From assembly GCA_964348675.1 (NCBI GenBank), contig CAYGDF010000004.1, positions 4,087 through 40,453 of the forward strand: a DNA stretch of 36,367 bases, in the 5' to 3' direction. Every line of letters begins with the position of its first letter. The stretch's first letter is position 1. The notes under the pieces were generated by a model that was not told where the DNA came from, ran no database searches, and saw nothing but the letters and a program-made list of their open reading frames with translations. The position numbers and the translations under genes were made by a program. The DNA comes from an uncultured Candidatus Saccharibacteria bacterium. GTDB lineage: Bacteria; Patescibacteriota; Minisyncoccia; Phycocordibacterales; UBA5272. Shown one piece after another: positions 1 through 7,811 of the stretch.

Positions 1-39
1 ATAATATCTATTTCTGGAGGTAAACCTACTGGAATATTT

Positions 40-510
40 TTAATAAAGAAATTTATCTGCTCTAATTACAGTAATTTTATTTCCATGAAAATCTTCTTTA
101 GAAAAGATTCCGAACTCGACACCTTTTTGTAAATCTATAGTTGAAATGTGTGCAGAAGAATTATTTAATTTATTTGATTTATACTTCTCAGTATTAAAAG
201 AAACAATAATTTTCGCATCTTTATACGAATAGATTCCCAATAGCAAACACTTATGTGAGCGCATGGACGCTCTCCAGGAACCAGGAATTTGAATTCTTTT
301 TTTAAAGACGGGGTGTGGATGACCGAGATAGGTGAGGGCCTTTGCACAAATAATTAAATCGTTTCCTTTATACTTTGCTTCAAAAGGATTTTTGTCATTA
401 CTTATCTCAACGTACTCTGAAAGAAACTTTTTAATTTCTTTGATTTGGAGAGGGGAGTCGAAATCCATTATAACTTCACTTCCTTTGACAATTTGTTCAA
501 CTTTTTTCAT
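40..510 (-). CDS. Putative restriction endonuclease partner of the C5 methyltransferase; possibly frameshifted near position 45 and continuing off the window
   Basis: Starts 3 nt after the MTase stop and has the same AT-rich composition. An alternative frame (FFIKNIPVGLPPEIDI) stays open from about 52 to the window edge. Function is inferred from context only. Confidence 0.5.
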   Translation of the reverse strand: MKKVEQIVKGSEVIMDFDSPLQIKEIKKFLSEYVEISNDKNPFEAKYKGNDLIICAKALTYLGHPHPVFKKRIQIPGSWRASMRSHKCLLLGIYSYKDAKIIVSFNTEKYKSNKLNNSSAHISTIDLQKGVEFGIFSKEDFHGNKITVIRADKFLY

Positions 511-513
511 ATG

Positions 514-1680
514 CTACTCGAACATTTTCTTAAGTACATTTTGAACCACTTCCACATTCACAGCATTTCCCAACTGCCTCATGGCCACACTCTTCTCGGG
601 ATGCAATTTAAAATTATCAGGAAACGATTGTAACTTCTTAGCCTCATCAGGAGAGAGTCTTCTCATGTACTTGCCGAGAATTTGCCCGTGGTTCATGGCT
701 ACAAGCGTAGAGTAGTGAGTGGGTCTTTTCACGCGAACACCAGAGGGGCGGAATTGAATAAGCCCCCCCTTTAAACCATCTATTGCGACTCCTGCCTGCC
801 ATTCAAATTTTCTGTGAGTGTCTTTCACCCAAGAAAGATTGTCATACTTTTTTAACCACTTATCTATAAATTTCTTATTCCTTAAATATAAATCCTGATT
901 CTTTGTGATAAAATCTTTCTTCCACTTAGGATGAGTTACTATTTTTATCTTTGGAGAAAAATAATCCACCCATACCGGAAAGCCTATAATTTTTATATCG
1001 ATACCTTTGTAAAATTCGTCCCACATCTTTATGACTTTCTCTTCATACTCAGAAACAAGCAAGTCTTTCTTATTGTTATATTTATTCTTTACAATCGAGT
1101 AGGCATCGTGACCGAGATCGGAAAGATTTAGAAATTCATTAAACCTTTCTTCAAAAAGACCTTTCTTACCGAGAACTCCAGGAATATAGATTCTTTTTCT
1201 AAGCGCCGGCACTCCAAATTGGTTAGGACTAAGTATGATGGGTGTATTTGGTACAGAATAACCTAAGTCTCTTAAAGTTTTTATAATGACCTTATAGGTA
1301 TTTCCGTTATCGTGGCCTACGAGATTTTGAACATTCTCAAGCAAAATATATTTCGGCTTATGATAAATTAATATTTTAACGATATCGTAAAATAAAGTTC
1401 CTCTGGTGTCTTCAAACCCTTTACGGAAACCTCCTTTAGAAAAGGGTTGGCAAGGAAAACCCGCTAAAAGGAGATTATGCGTTGGAATATCTTCTGGATT
1501 TATTTTGGTTATATCTCCAGCGGGGATGATGCCAAAATTGTCTTTGTAAACTTCTTTACATTTGTCATCAATTTCAGAAGCGAATACGCACTTCGAATTA
1601 GGATAGGAAAGTTCTAGCGCTTTATGAAAACCTCCGATTCCAGCAAATAAATCGATAAATCTGATTTTTTGAACAGCCAT
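514..1680 (-). CDS. dcm: DNA (cytosine-5)-methyltransferase
   Basis: Motif I FIDLFAGIGG, catalytic GFPCQ, ENV motif VI, RKR motif VIII and C-terminal QLGNAV. Confidence 0.95.
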   Translation of the reverse strand: MAVQKIRFIDLFAGIGGFHKALELSYPNSKCVFASEIDDKCKEVYKDNFGIIPAGDITKINPEDIPTHNLLLAGFPCQPFSKGGFRKGFEDTRGTLFYDIVKILIYHKPKYILLENVQNLVGHDNGNTYKVIIKTLRDLGYSVPNTPIILSPNQFGVPALRKRIYIPGVLGKKGLFEERFNEFLNLSDLGHDAYSIVKNKYNNKKDLLVSEYEEKVIKMWDEFYKGIDIKIIGFPVWVDYFSPKIKIVTHPKWKKDFITKNQDLYLRNKKFIDKWLKKYDNLSWVKDTHRKFEWQAGVAIDGLKGGLIQFRPSGVRVKRPTHYSTLVAMNHGQILGKYMRRLSPDEAKKLQSFPDNFKLHPEKSVAMRQLGNAVNVEVVQNVLKKMFE

Positions 1681-1750
1681 AGAGTGTAAATTACTACAAT
1701 TGTACCACGCGGGGAGGATATGCTAAAAAGAGACCTAGTAATAAATATAA

Positions 1751-1837
1751 ATGGATTCGAACACACCGCCATTCGGAAAGACGTTTGAAAGCGTACCCGT
1801 TGTAATAAGAAGTTTGCAGATACGTCAGAAATATTGA
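1751..1837 (+). pseudogene. 28-codon ORF resembling the N-terminus of the nearby VF530/DUF2132 gene
   Basis: Translates to MDSNTPPFGKTFESVPVVIRSLQIRQKY, compared with MSDHPNDPLFGKTLESVLV at 2246. Confidence 0.4.
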
Positions 1838-1862
1838 ATAATTAACAAATAATAATAAACAT

Positions 1863-2243
1863 ATGACAAAAGGAAAATACGTGGACGGATTCGTAATCGT
1901 AATACCAAAAAAGAATCGTGTGGAATACAAGAAAATGGCGACACTTGGCAAGAAGTTGTGGATGAAACTGGGTGCGCTTGATTATAAAGAATGTGTGGCA
2001 GACGATATAATTCCAGATACAGGGGGTATGCCAATGCGTAACTTCACAAAACTTACTGGTGCAAAAGAAGACGAGGAGGTGTGGTTCTCTTTCATTACGT
2101 ATAAGTCTAAAAAGGATCGCGACACAATCAACAAGAAAGTGATGGCAGAAATGGATAAGAAAATGGCGGGCAAGGAAATGAAAATGCCATTTGATTTCAA
2201 GAAATTCTCCATGGGAGGATTCAAGGTGGAAGTCGGACAGTAG
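1863..2243 (+). CDS. DUF1428 (YbaA-like) family protein
   Basis: YVDGFV start, GALDYKECVADD, EEVWFSFITY and C-terminal MPFD...GGF. Confidence 0.9.
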   Translation: MTKGKYVDGFVIVIPKKNRVEYKKMATLGKKLWMKLGALDYKECVADDIIPDTGGMPMRNFTKLTGAKEDEEVWFSFITYKSKKDRDTINKKVMAEMDKKMAGKEMKMPFDFKKFSMGGFKVEVGQ

Positions 2244-2245
2244 CT

Positions 2246-2485
2246 ATGTCAGACCACCCTAACGACCCATTATTTGGAAAGACGCTCGAAAGTGTTTTGG
2301 TGTATTTGGTGAATGAATACGGATGGGAGGAGCTGGGGAGGGATATTCCGATAAATTGTTTTATGAAAAACCCGAGTATAAAATCATCTCTAACTTTTTT
2401 ACGTAAAACTAAATGGGCGAGAACTAAAGTGGAAGATTTATACATTGATACAGCCAAAAGAAAAGAGGCTCGCTTGACCAAGTAA
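2246..2485 (+). CDS. VF530/DUF2132 family putative DNA-binding protein
   Basis: PNDPL-G-TLE, YGWEEL, INCF..NPSIKSSL.FLRKT.WAR.KVE.LY signature. Confidence 0.9.
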   Translation: MSDHPNDPLFGKTLESVLVYLVNEYGWEELGRDIPINCFMKNPSIKSSLTFLRKTKWARTKVEDLYIDTAKRKEARLTK

Positions 2486-2515
2486 TACAATTCCAAATAG
2501 TCCGTCTTATTTATT

Positions 2516-2863
2516 ATGAAACAACTAAAATCAGTTTTAATAGTCGCAGGGGCATTACTCGTGCTCTTTTATATTGCAGGACGCGATAACAAAGAAACTT
2601 ATATAAACACTTCTACAACCACAGAGGTAACTTCGACCACGACAAACGTCAGCATCGAAGATTTCATCAGTCAAAATATTTCTACTCTATCACCTGAAAA
2701 AGAAGTACTCGGCGGAAAGTTTTATATTACTAAAATACGAGCAAATAACGGAACGGGGACAGTCGAATACGAAGATGGACATATTGCTTTAACAGCAGAC
2801 TTCACATACCAAACAGATATAGAAGGAAAAGTCTCTGTGGTATCATTTATAATAAAGAAATAA
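2516..2863 (+). CDS. Membrane-anchored hypothetical protein
   Basis: N-terminal hydrophobic segment, Thr-rich linker, then VLGGKFYIT...VEYEDGH; co-directional within the gene cluster. Confidence 0.75.
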   Translation: MKQLKSVLIVAGALLVLFYIAGRDNKETYINTSTTTEVTSTTTNVSIEDFISQNISTLSPEKEVLGGKFYITKIRANNGTGTVEYEDGHIALTADFTYQTDIEGKVSVVSFIIKK

Positions 2864-2872
2864 ATATTAAAT

Positions 2873-3268
2873 ATGGATACAATAAAGCAATACGCAGAAT
2901 TAATCAGACCTGATTGGGCGCCGCCAGCATGGATTTTCGGACCAGTGTGGGCACTACTATATGTAATCATCGCAATCACGTTCGGATACGTGATTTATAA
3001 ATACTTTAAAAAGGAACTTAAGTTGATAACTGTGCTTCCTTTTATTTTAAACTTAATTTTTAATCTTTCCTTTACTTATATTCAGTTTGGATTGAAAAAT
3101 AATACACTCGCATCAGTTGATATCTTACTCACGTCCGGCACTTTGCTTTGGGCAATCTTTGCAATCGATAAGAAATACAAATGGGTGGCGGTTGCTAACA
3201 TTCCATATCTAGCGTGGGTGTCCTACGCAACAGTGCTACAACTGACGATAACTTACATGAATCTATAA
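2873..3268 (+). CDS. tspO: TspO/MBR family membrane protein
   Basis: PDWAPPAWIFGPVWALLY and PYLAWVSYAT motifs. Confidence 0.92.
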   Translation: MDTIKQYAELIRPDWAPPAWIFGPVWALLYVIIAITFGYVIYKYFKKELKLITVLPFILNLIFNLSFTYIQFGLKNNTLASVDILLTSGTLLWAIFAIDKKYKWVAVANIPYLAWVSYATVLQLTITYMNL

Positions 3269-3270
3269 TC

Positions 3271-3495
3271 ATGCTCATAGACGTACGCACAAAAGAAGAA
3301 TACGAAAACGCTCATCATGAGGCGGCAGTAAATATTCCGCTTGATGAAATAGAAAATCACACTTTTGATAACGCACTAGATACTGAAATGGTTCTCTACT
3401 GCAGAAGCGGGGCGCGAGCAATATATGCAAAAGATATTTTAGAAAAAAGAGGCTTCACAAATGTGTCTCTTTTAAACGGAATGGGGGCATACTAA
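3271..3495 (+). CDS. Single-domain rhodanese-like protein
   Basis: LIDVRT..EY...H...AVNIPL and active-site LYCRSGAR. Start moved to the ATG at 3271, just after the tspO stop. Confidence 0.9.
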   Translation: MLIDVRTKEEYENAHHEAAVNIPLDEIENHTFDNALDTEMVLYCRSGARAIYAKDILEKRGFTNVSLLNGMGAY

Positions 3496-3510
3496 ACTAA
3501 AGAAGTGAAT

Positions 3511-3534
3511 AAGCGCGGCCTGCGGCCGCGCTTT
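3511..3534 (+). terminator. GC-rich hairpin, probable intrinsic terminator
   Basis: aagcgcggcc-tgc-ggccgcgctt followed by a short T run, after the rhodanese stop. Confidence 0.65.
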
Positions 3535-3588
3535 ACTGATACACTTAATTTATAGTGCATACAGTTTTATTTATTAAACTAATAACTT

Positions 3589-4107
3589 ATGACAAGACAT
3601 CACTCGGGCTTAGTTCAATTCTTTTTCCATAGCCAGCAGTCAGCGTGGCTATGGCTAATTATTCGCGTTTATATAGGATGGCAATGGTTATACGCAGGCT
3701 ACGAGAAAGCAATCAATCCTGTATGGATTGGAGATAATGCTGGAACCGCGATCACAGGATTTTTTAATGGGGCTTTGCAGAAAACAACTGGACTTCATCC
3801 TGATGTTTCTATGGGTTATGCATGGTTCTTACAAAATGTCGCTTTGCCAAACGCTGAAGCCTTTTCATATCTAATAGTCTTTGGCGAAATCGCTGTCGGA
3901 TTCGCGCTCATACTTGGACTATTCACTGGTGTTGCTGCATTCTTCGGTGCAACGATGAACTTCAACTTTATGTTTGCGGGCACTGTTAGTATGAATCCAT
4001 ATTGGTTACTGGGAGAAATATTCCTAATACTTGCATGGCGTGTATCAGGTTATATAGGAGTTGATAGATACATCCTGCCTTATTGGCACAGACTGACGAG
4101 AGGGTAG
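3589..4107 (+). CDS. DoxX family membrane protein (thiosulfate:quinone oxidoreductase DoxD-like)
   Basis: RVYIGWQWLYAGYEK, GEIAVG.ALILG and MNFNFMFAGTVS.NP; several transmembrane segments. Confidence 0.88.
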   Translation: MTRHHSGLVQFFFHSQQSAWLWLIIRVYIGWQWLYAGYEKAINPVWIGDNAGTAITGFFNGALQKTTGLHPDVSMGYAWFLQNVALPNAEAFSYLIVFGEIAVGFALILGLFTGVAAFFGATMNFNFMFAGTVSMNPYWLLGEIFLILAWRVSGYIGVDRYILPYWHRLTRG

Positions 4108-4130
4108 GGAGGGTTTAAGAAACATAATTT

Positions 4131-4168
4131 AGAATGGGTCGCAGGCAACGTCTGCGACCCATTCTTTT
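4131..4168 (+). terminator. Intrinsic terminator
   Basis: 14-bp stem agaatgggtcgcag/ctgcgacccattct followed by T residues. Confidence 0.75.
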
Positions 4169-4253
4169 ATCTCGTTTAATTTAGTTTTTATATGTAAGAT
4201 AACTATAGGCCTATGCGTCATCTCATCTGCATCTACTAAAATAATAAAAATAT

Positions 4254-4472
4254 ATGGCAACTGTAATAAATAACCCAAGTAGCGATTCAGGTGCTGGCGC
4301 TGTGACAACAGGTGTCATCTTAGGAGCATTAATCGTTATTGGACTTCTCGTCTACGGTTTTCGTAACGTAGGAAATCCAGCAACGACTAACCCAAATCCC
4401 ACCACTAATACAAACATAGATATAAAACTCCCTTCTGCGGATAACATCATTGGGACTGGAACCTCCCAGTAA
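4254..4472 (+). CDS. Small single-TM hypothetical protein
   Basis: 72 aa with one hydrophobic helix and a Thr/Asn/Pro-rich tail; followed by a hairpin plus T run at about 4503-4531. Confidence 0.7.
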   Translation: MATVINNPSSDSGAGAVTTGVILGALIVIGLLVYGFRNVGNPATTNPNPTTNTNIDIKLPSADNIIGTGTSQ

Positions 4473-4554
4473 GAATAGTAAAAATTAAAGAGTCCGTTTA
4501 GAAAAGCTCGCACCATGTGGCGCGGGTTTTTCTTATTTTCACAACAATTTTTAG

Positions 4555-4563
4555 TTATCCACA
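4555..4563 (+). promoter_or_regulatory. Perfect DnaA-box consensus upstream of lexA
   Basis: TTATCCACA; single copy, so function is uncertain. Confidence 0.4.
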
Positions 4564-4580
4564 CTTGTTCTATTGTGCTA

Positions 4581-4592
4581 GAACATTTGTTC
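4581..4592. promoter_or_regulatory. LexA operator (SOS box of GAAC-N4-GTTC type)
   Basis: taGAACatttGTTCta palindrome 16 nt upstream of the lexA ATG. Confidence 0.8.
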
Positions 4593-4608
4593 TAATACAC
4601 TAAAATAC

Positions 4609-5172
4609 ATGAAAGACGAAGAAAACATATCATCATTTTTTATAGAAAATAAAAGGATGCCAACATACGAGGAGATGAAAGACCTCTTTGGCGTAGCGAG
4701 TAAAAATACTGTTGCTTATCGAGTTAACAAATTAATAGAATCTGGTTATCTAGAAAAGTCTGGTAACAAGCTCTCTCTCACTCAAACTGGCTCTGTAATG
4801 CGCCTAGGAACAGTTCAGGCTGGATTCCCAACTGCTGCGGACGAAGATGTCTCTTCAGAACTTATGTCACTTGATGATTTTCTAATTGAAAGGAAAAACT
4901 CCACCTACATGCTCGAAGTCCGCGGAGAATCCATGAAAGATGCCGGCATCATTGAAGGAGACTTAGTTTTGGTAGAAAGGGGTAGAACAGCACGAAGGGG
5001 AGATATAGTACTTGCATTAGTTGATAACGAATACACACTCAAATATCTAGAAACAGAAAATGGAAAACCAGTTCTCGTCCCAGCCAATAAAGCCTTCAAG
5101 AAAATTTATCCCAATCCTCACACATTAAAAATAGAAGCAGTATTAAAAGCAGTCGTTCGTAAGTACAGATAA
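4609..5172 (+). CDS. lexA: LexA SOS repressor (winged HTH plus S24 peptidase)
   Basis: N-terminal MPTYEEM...GVASKNTV HTH, Ala-Gly cleavage site (QAGF), catalytic Ser (GESM) and Lys (TLK). Confidence 0.9.
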   Translation: MKDEENISSFFIENKRMPTYEEMKDLFGVASKNTVAYRVNKLIESGYLEKSGNKLSLTQTGSVMRLGTVQAGFPTAADEDVSSELMSLDDFLIERKNSTYMLEVRGESMKDAGIIEGDLVLVERGRTARRGDIVLALVDNEYTLKYLETENGKPVLVPANKAFKKIYPNPHTLKIEAVLKAVVRKYR

Positions 5173-5176
5173 ATAT

Positions 5177-5302
5177 ATGAAATTAAATAATCCACTAATT
5201 AAAATATTTTATTCCTATCAGGAACTTCAGACTATCAGACTTCAATCCGAAAACCCACTCCGTAGAGAATTAAATTTAAAATCACATTATAAAAGTAACT
5301 AA
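5177..5302 (+). CDS. Possible 41-aa small ORF in the lexA operon
   Basis: MKLNNPLIKIFYSYQELQTIRLQSENPLRRELNLKSHYKSN fills the gap, 4 nt after the lexA stop and 8 nt before the next ATG. Confidence 0.4.
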   Translation: MKLNNPLIKIFYSYQELQTIRLQSENPLRRELNLKSHYKSN

Positions 5303-5310
5303 CCAACTCC

Positions 5311-5754
5311 ATGACCCGAACCAAAAGAGCAATAATCAGAATAAGTACTGGGGGGAAGCATGACTCACGTGTTAATTACAGTCGTCGCATGTATGCTGTC
5401 ATCAGACGCTACACGCCAGATGTAACTGAAGGGAACATAAACGAGTGTTTTGCAGACCTGACTGGGCTGCGCACATTTTTCAAAATGACTTATGCGGAAA
5501 TTGCGGAAAATATAAAAAAGGATTTAACCAAAAGTATAGGAGTTAAGTTTACTTTGAGTATCGCTACAGTTGAGGCTTTCGACAAGGCAAAGAACAATTT
5601 TAAAAATAATTCTAAAAAGACTGAGGGTTTGTCTACTTACAAAGAATTAAACAAACTCTTTGCTGGGAAAAATGTTGCACTATCGCAACAAAGAAGTCTA
5701 TCAGCAAGCAGAAAGAGGCGGTTCATAGTGCCTTTCATGGGTGCAGTTAGTTAA
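5311..5754 (+). CDS. Truncated, degenerate Y-family DNA polymerase (DinB/UmuC palm fragment)
   Basis: YSRRMYAVIRRYTPDVTEGNINECFADLTG matches the IMS palm region, but the SIDE motif reads NINE and the motif-I Asp is absent. Only 147 aa; lies downstream of lexA. Confidence 0.75.
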   Translation: MTRTKRAIIRISTGGKHDSRVNYSRRMYAVIRRYTPDVTEGNINECFADLTGLRTFFKMTYAEIAENIKKDLTKSIGVKFTLSIATVEAFDKAKNNFKNNSKKTEGLSTYKELNKLFAGKNVALSQQRSLSASRKRRFIVPFMGAVS

Positions 5755-5762
5755 GCACATAC

Positions 5763-5891
5763 CTAGCGATGAGAATTCGCCACTTCATTCGCTGAAACTT
5801 TAAGAGTCTCGCAAATTTCGCACGAAACGCCATTGTGCATCAGGCTTCCATATTTATTTAAATTACTCTTGATAATAATTCCATGTGTCAT
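5763..5891 (-). CDS. Possible 42-aa small ORF with an H-x4-CxxC motif
   Basis: MTHGIIIKSNLNKYGSLMHNGVSCEICETLKVSANEVANSHR fills most of the intergenic gap. Confidence 0.3.
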   Translation of the reverse strand: MTHGIIIKSNLNKYGSLMHNGVSCEICETLKVSANEVANSHR

Positions 5892-5965
5892 ATATAACGG
5901 CCTAGGAAGAAAAATCTTACAGAATTATTACTTGGAATAGATTATAAGAGTTGTATAATGAATGT

Positions 5966-6709
5966 ATGACAACTACAGGAAAACTATTTTTTGGAACTTT
6001 ACTACTAATATTAATAGGCGGAGTGATTTATTATTTCGGTTACTACAACAAAGTGGTTCCAGTACAAGAGGCCATGTTCACTATAGACGGGGAGCAGATA
6101 GTTTTAACTAACGGAAAGTATAAACATGCAACTGCTCCAGGGTCTGCCTCGATAACAACGGTTACTTATTTTGGAAATGAAGTTAAGGGAGATTTTGATG
6201 GAGACGGGACTGAAGATAAAGCATACCTTGTCACTCAAACAACTGGTGGCTCTGGAACCTTTTATTATCTTGCCACATCTCTAGGAGGGGAGGCAGTTCT
6301 ACTTGGTGACCGTATAGCCCCTCAAACAACAGGGTATAGAGACGGAGAAGAAATAATCGTTAACTATGCGATAAGAGGAGACGGCGAACCGATGACAACA
6401 TCTCCGTCAATCGGGGTGTCGAGATATTTTAAATTTGAAAACGGAAAACTTACTGAATTTAAAAGAGAAGTGCCAACAACAAGCACCACTACCCCACCAA
6501 CAGGAAAAGTATCAGAGAATTCTGATGAAGGTAAGTGTGTGAATGCTGGTGGACAGTGGTCAAAAGAAGCTAAAGAGTGTACTGGGGTAGACCAGAAGAG
6601 TTGTGTGGCAATTGGAGGAAACTTTAACGAATGCGCCTCTCCTTGCCGTAACGACCCAGATGCACAGGCTTGTATAACGATGTGCGTGCAAGTTTGCGAG
6701 TTTAAATAA
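5966..6709 (+). CDS. Membrane-anchored/secreted protein with a C-terminal 8-Cys domain
   Basis: N-terminal TM, GDFDGDGTED motif, LLGDRIAPQ, Thr/Pro linker and a Cys-rich tail. ATG at 5966 lies 6 nt after TATAAT. Confidence 0.8.
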   Translation: MTTTGKLFFGTLLLILIGGVIYYFGYYNKVVPVQEAMFTIDGEQIVLTNGKYKHATAPGSASITTVTYFGNEVKGDFDGDGTEDKAYLVTQTTGGSGTFYYLATSLGGEAVLLGDRIAPQTTGYRDGEEIIVNYAIRGDGEPMTTSPSIGVSRYFKFENGKLTEFKREVPTTSTTTPPTGKVSENSDEGKCVNAGGQWSKEAKECTGVDQKSCVAIGGNFNECASPCRNDPDAQACITMCVQVCEFK

Positions 6710-6729
6710 ATACCAGTAAACAACAAATA

Positions 6730-6763
6730 AATAAAAGACCTGCTTGCGGGCCTTTTATTTTTT
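6730..6763 (+). terminator. Probable intrinsic terminator
   Basis: aataaaagacctgc/gcgggccttttatt imperfect stem followed by a T run. Confidence 0.55.
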
Positions 6764-6866
6764 AAGAGTTATACTTAAATTACACAACCATCACAATTCC
6801 ACATTGGATTCGAAACGAGTGGGAGCGTTTTAGAAATATTGGCTAAGAAAAAACTCGGCCAGTGTA

Positions 6867-7418
6867 ATGTTTTATATAAAAATGTTTTCATATACAATCA
6901 AGAAAAGCAGAATAGCGAAGAGATTAAGAATAACAATTCATTCCGATTTGTCAGTGGTGGTTACTGTGCCCAGCCGAGTCAGTATTAAGTACGCTGAAAA
7001 TTTTGTAAAAGAAAGAGAGACTTGGGTAAAGGAAAGTATAGAAAAAATGATGGTAAAAATTGCAAAGCATCCGGTTAGTTCCATACCCAAAGGAACTAAG
7101 CAGGATTTTTTGAAAAATAAAAAAGAGGCTTTATTAATTACAGAAAAACTTCTCTCACATTTTAATAAAATATATAATTTAAGTTGGAAAAAAGTAACAA
7201 TAAAAAATACTTCTACAAGATGGGGGAGTTGCTCCAAAAGAGGAAATTTGAATTTTAACTACAGAATAATTTATTTACCAGAGGCATTAGCGGAATATTT
7301 AGTCGTGCACGAAATTTGTCATTTAGAGGAAATGAATCACTCGCAAAAGTTCTGGAAATTGGTTGGAAAAGCCGTACCTAAATACAAAGAACTTAGAAAA
7401 GAGTTGAAATATATTTGA
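6867..7418 (+). CDS. YgjP/DUF45 (M48/SprT-like) zinc metalloprotein
   Basis: TRWGSCS and YLVVHEICHLEEMNHS..FW (HExxH). Alternative start at 6882. Confidence 0.9.
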   Translation: MFYIKMFSYTIKKSRIAKRLRITIHSDLSVVVTVPSRVSIKYAENFVKERETWVKESIEKMMVKIAKHPVSSIPKGTKQDFLKNKKEALLITEKLLSHFNKIYNLSWKKVTIKNTSTRWGSCSKRGNLNFNYRIIYLPEALAEYLVVHEICHLEEMNHSQKFWKLVGKAVPKYKELRKELKYI

Positions 7419-7441
7419 TTTCATAACGTCGTAAACAACAT

Positions 7442-7558
7442 ATGCAACTAATATCAGAAATTTTCAACTTTATCATCGGGCTTTTTAGCCTACTGCTTCA
7501 GGCGGTTCAGTCTTTGTTTAACTTTATTCTAAACTTTTTCAGCATTATTGCCCGTTAA
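7442..7558 (+). CDS. Unannotated 38-aa hydrophobic/amphipathic small protein
   Basis: MQLISEIFNFIIGLFSLLLQAVQSLFNFILNFFSIIAR, preceded by an A-rich leader like those of neighbouring genes. Confidence 0.55.
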   Translation: MQLISEIFNFIIGLFSLLLQAVQSLFNFILNFFSIIAR

Positions 7559-7622
7559 GAAGAGACTCTTGTCATAAGGCGAAATTAATATTAAACTCTA
7601 ATAGTTAAAACAATTAAATATA

Positions 7623-7734
7623 GTTATCAAGAGATGGCAAGAGTACTGACTCTACGACCCATCAGCAACCCTTACCAAAGTTAGTAGTAAGTAGGTGCTC
7701 AATTCAGCCCCCAATGAAATGGAGGAAAGATAAT
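7623..7734 (+). ncRNA. SAM-I (S-box) riboswitch aptamer
   Basis: P1 ttatc/gataa, AUCAAGAG, P2 with an ACUG loop, CAGCAACC...GGUGCU P3, AAUUCAG pseudoknot partner and AAAGAU; directly upstream of metK. Confidence 0.92.
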
Positions 7735-7752
7735 CACGTAAGTGCCTTTCTC

Positions 7753-7785
7753 TCCTGTAATAATAATTATCAGGATTTTTTATTT
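7753..7785 (+). terminator. Expression-platform terminator of the SAM riboswitch
   Basis: tcctg-taat...atta-t-cagga stem followed by tttttt, between the aptamer and the metK ATG. Confidence 0.65.
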
Positions 7786-7811
7786 CAAAATAAGTAGATA
7801 GTAAAAACAAT

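Noticed and set aside
1753..1762. ggattcgaac, the reverse complement of a tRNA T-arm motif (similar at about 6806)
   Set aside because: No cloverleaf or acceptor stem around either site.
4555..4563. Possible replication origin
   Set aside because: One perfect DnaA box only (plus a near match at 35180-35188), with no cluster and no dnaA/dnaN.
6770..6846. TATACT followed by a protein-like frame YTTITIPHWIRNEWERFRNIG
   Set aside because: No start codon and too short to support.
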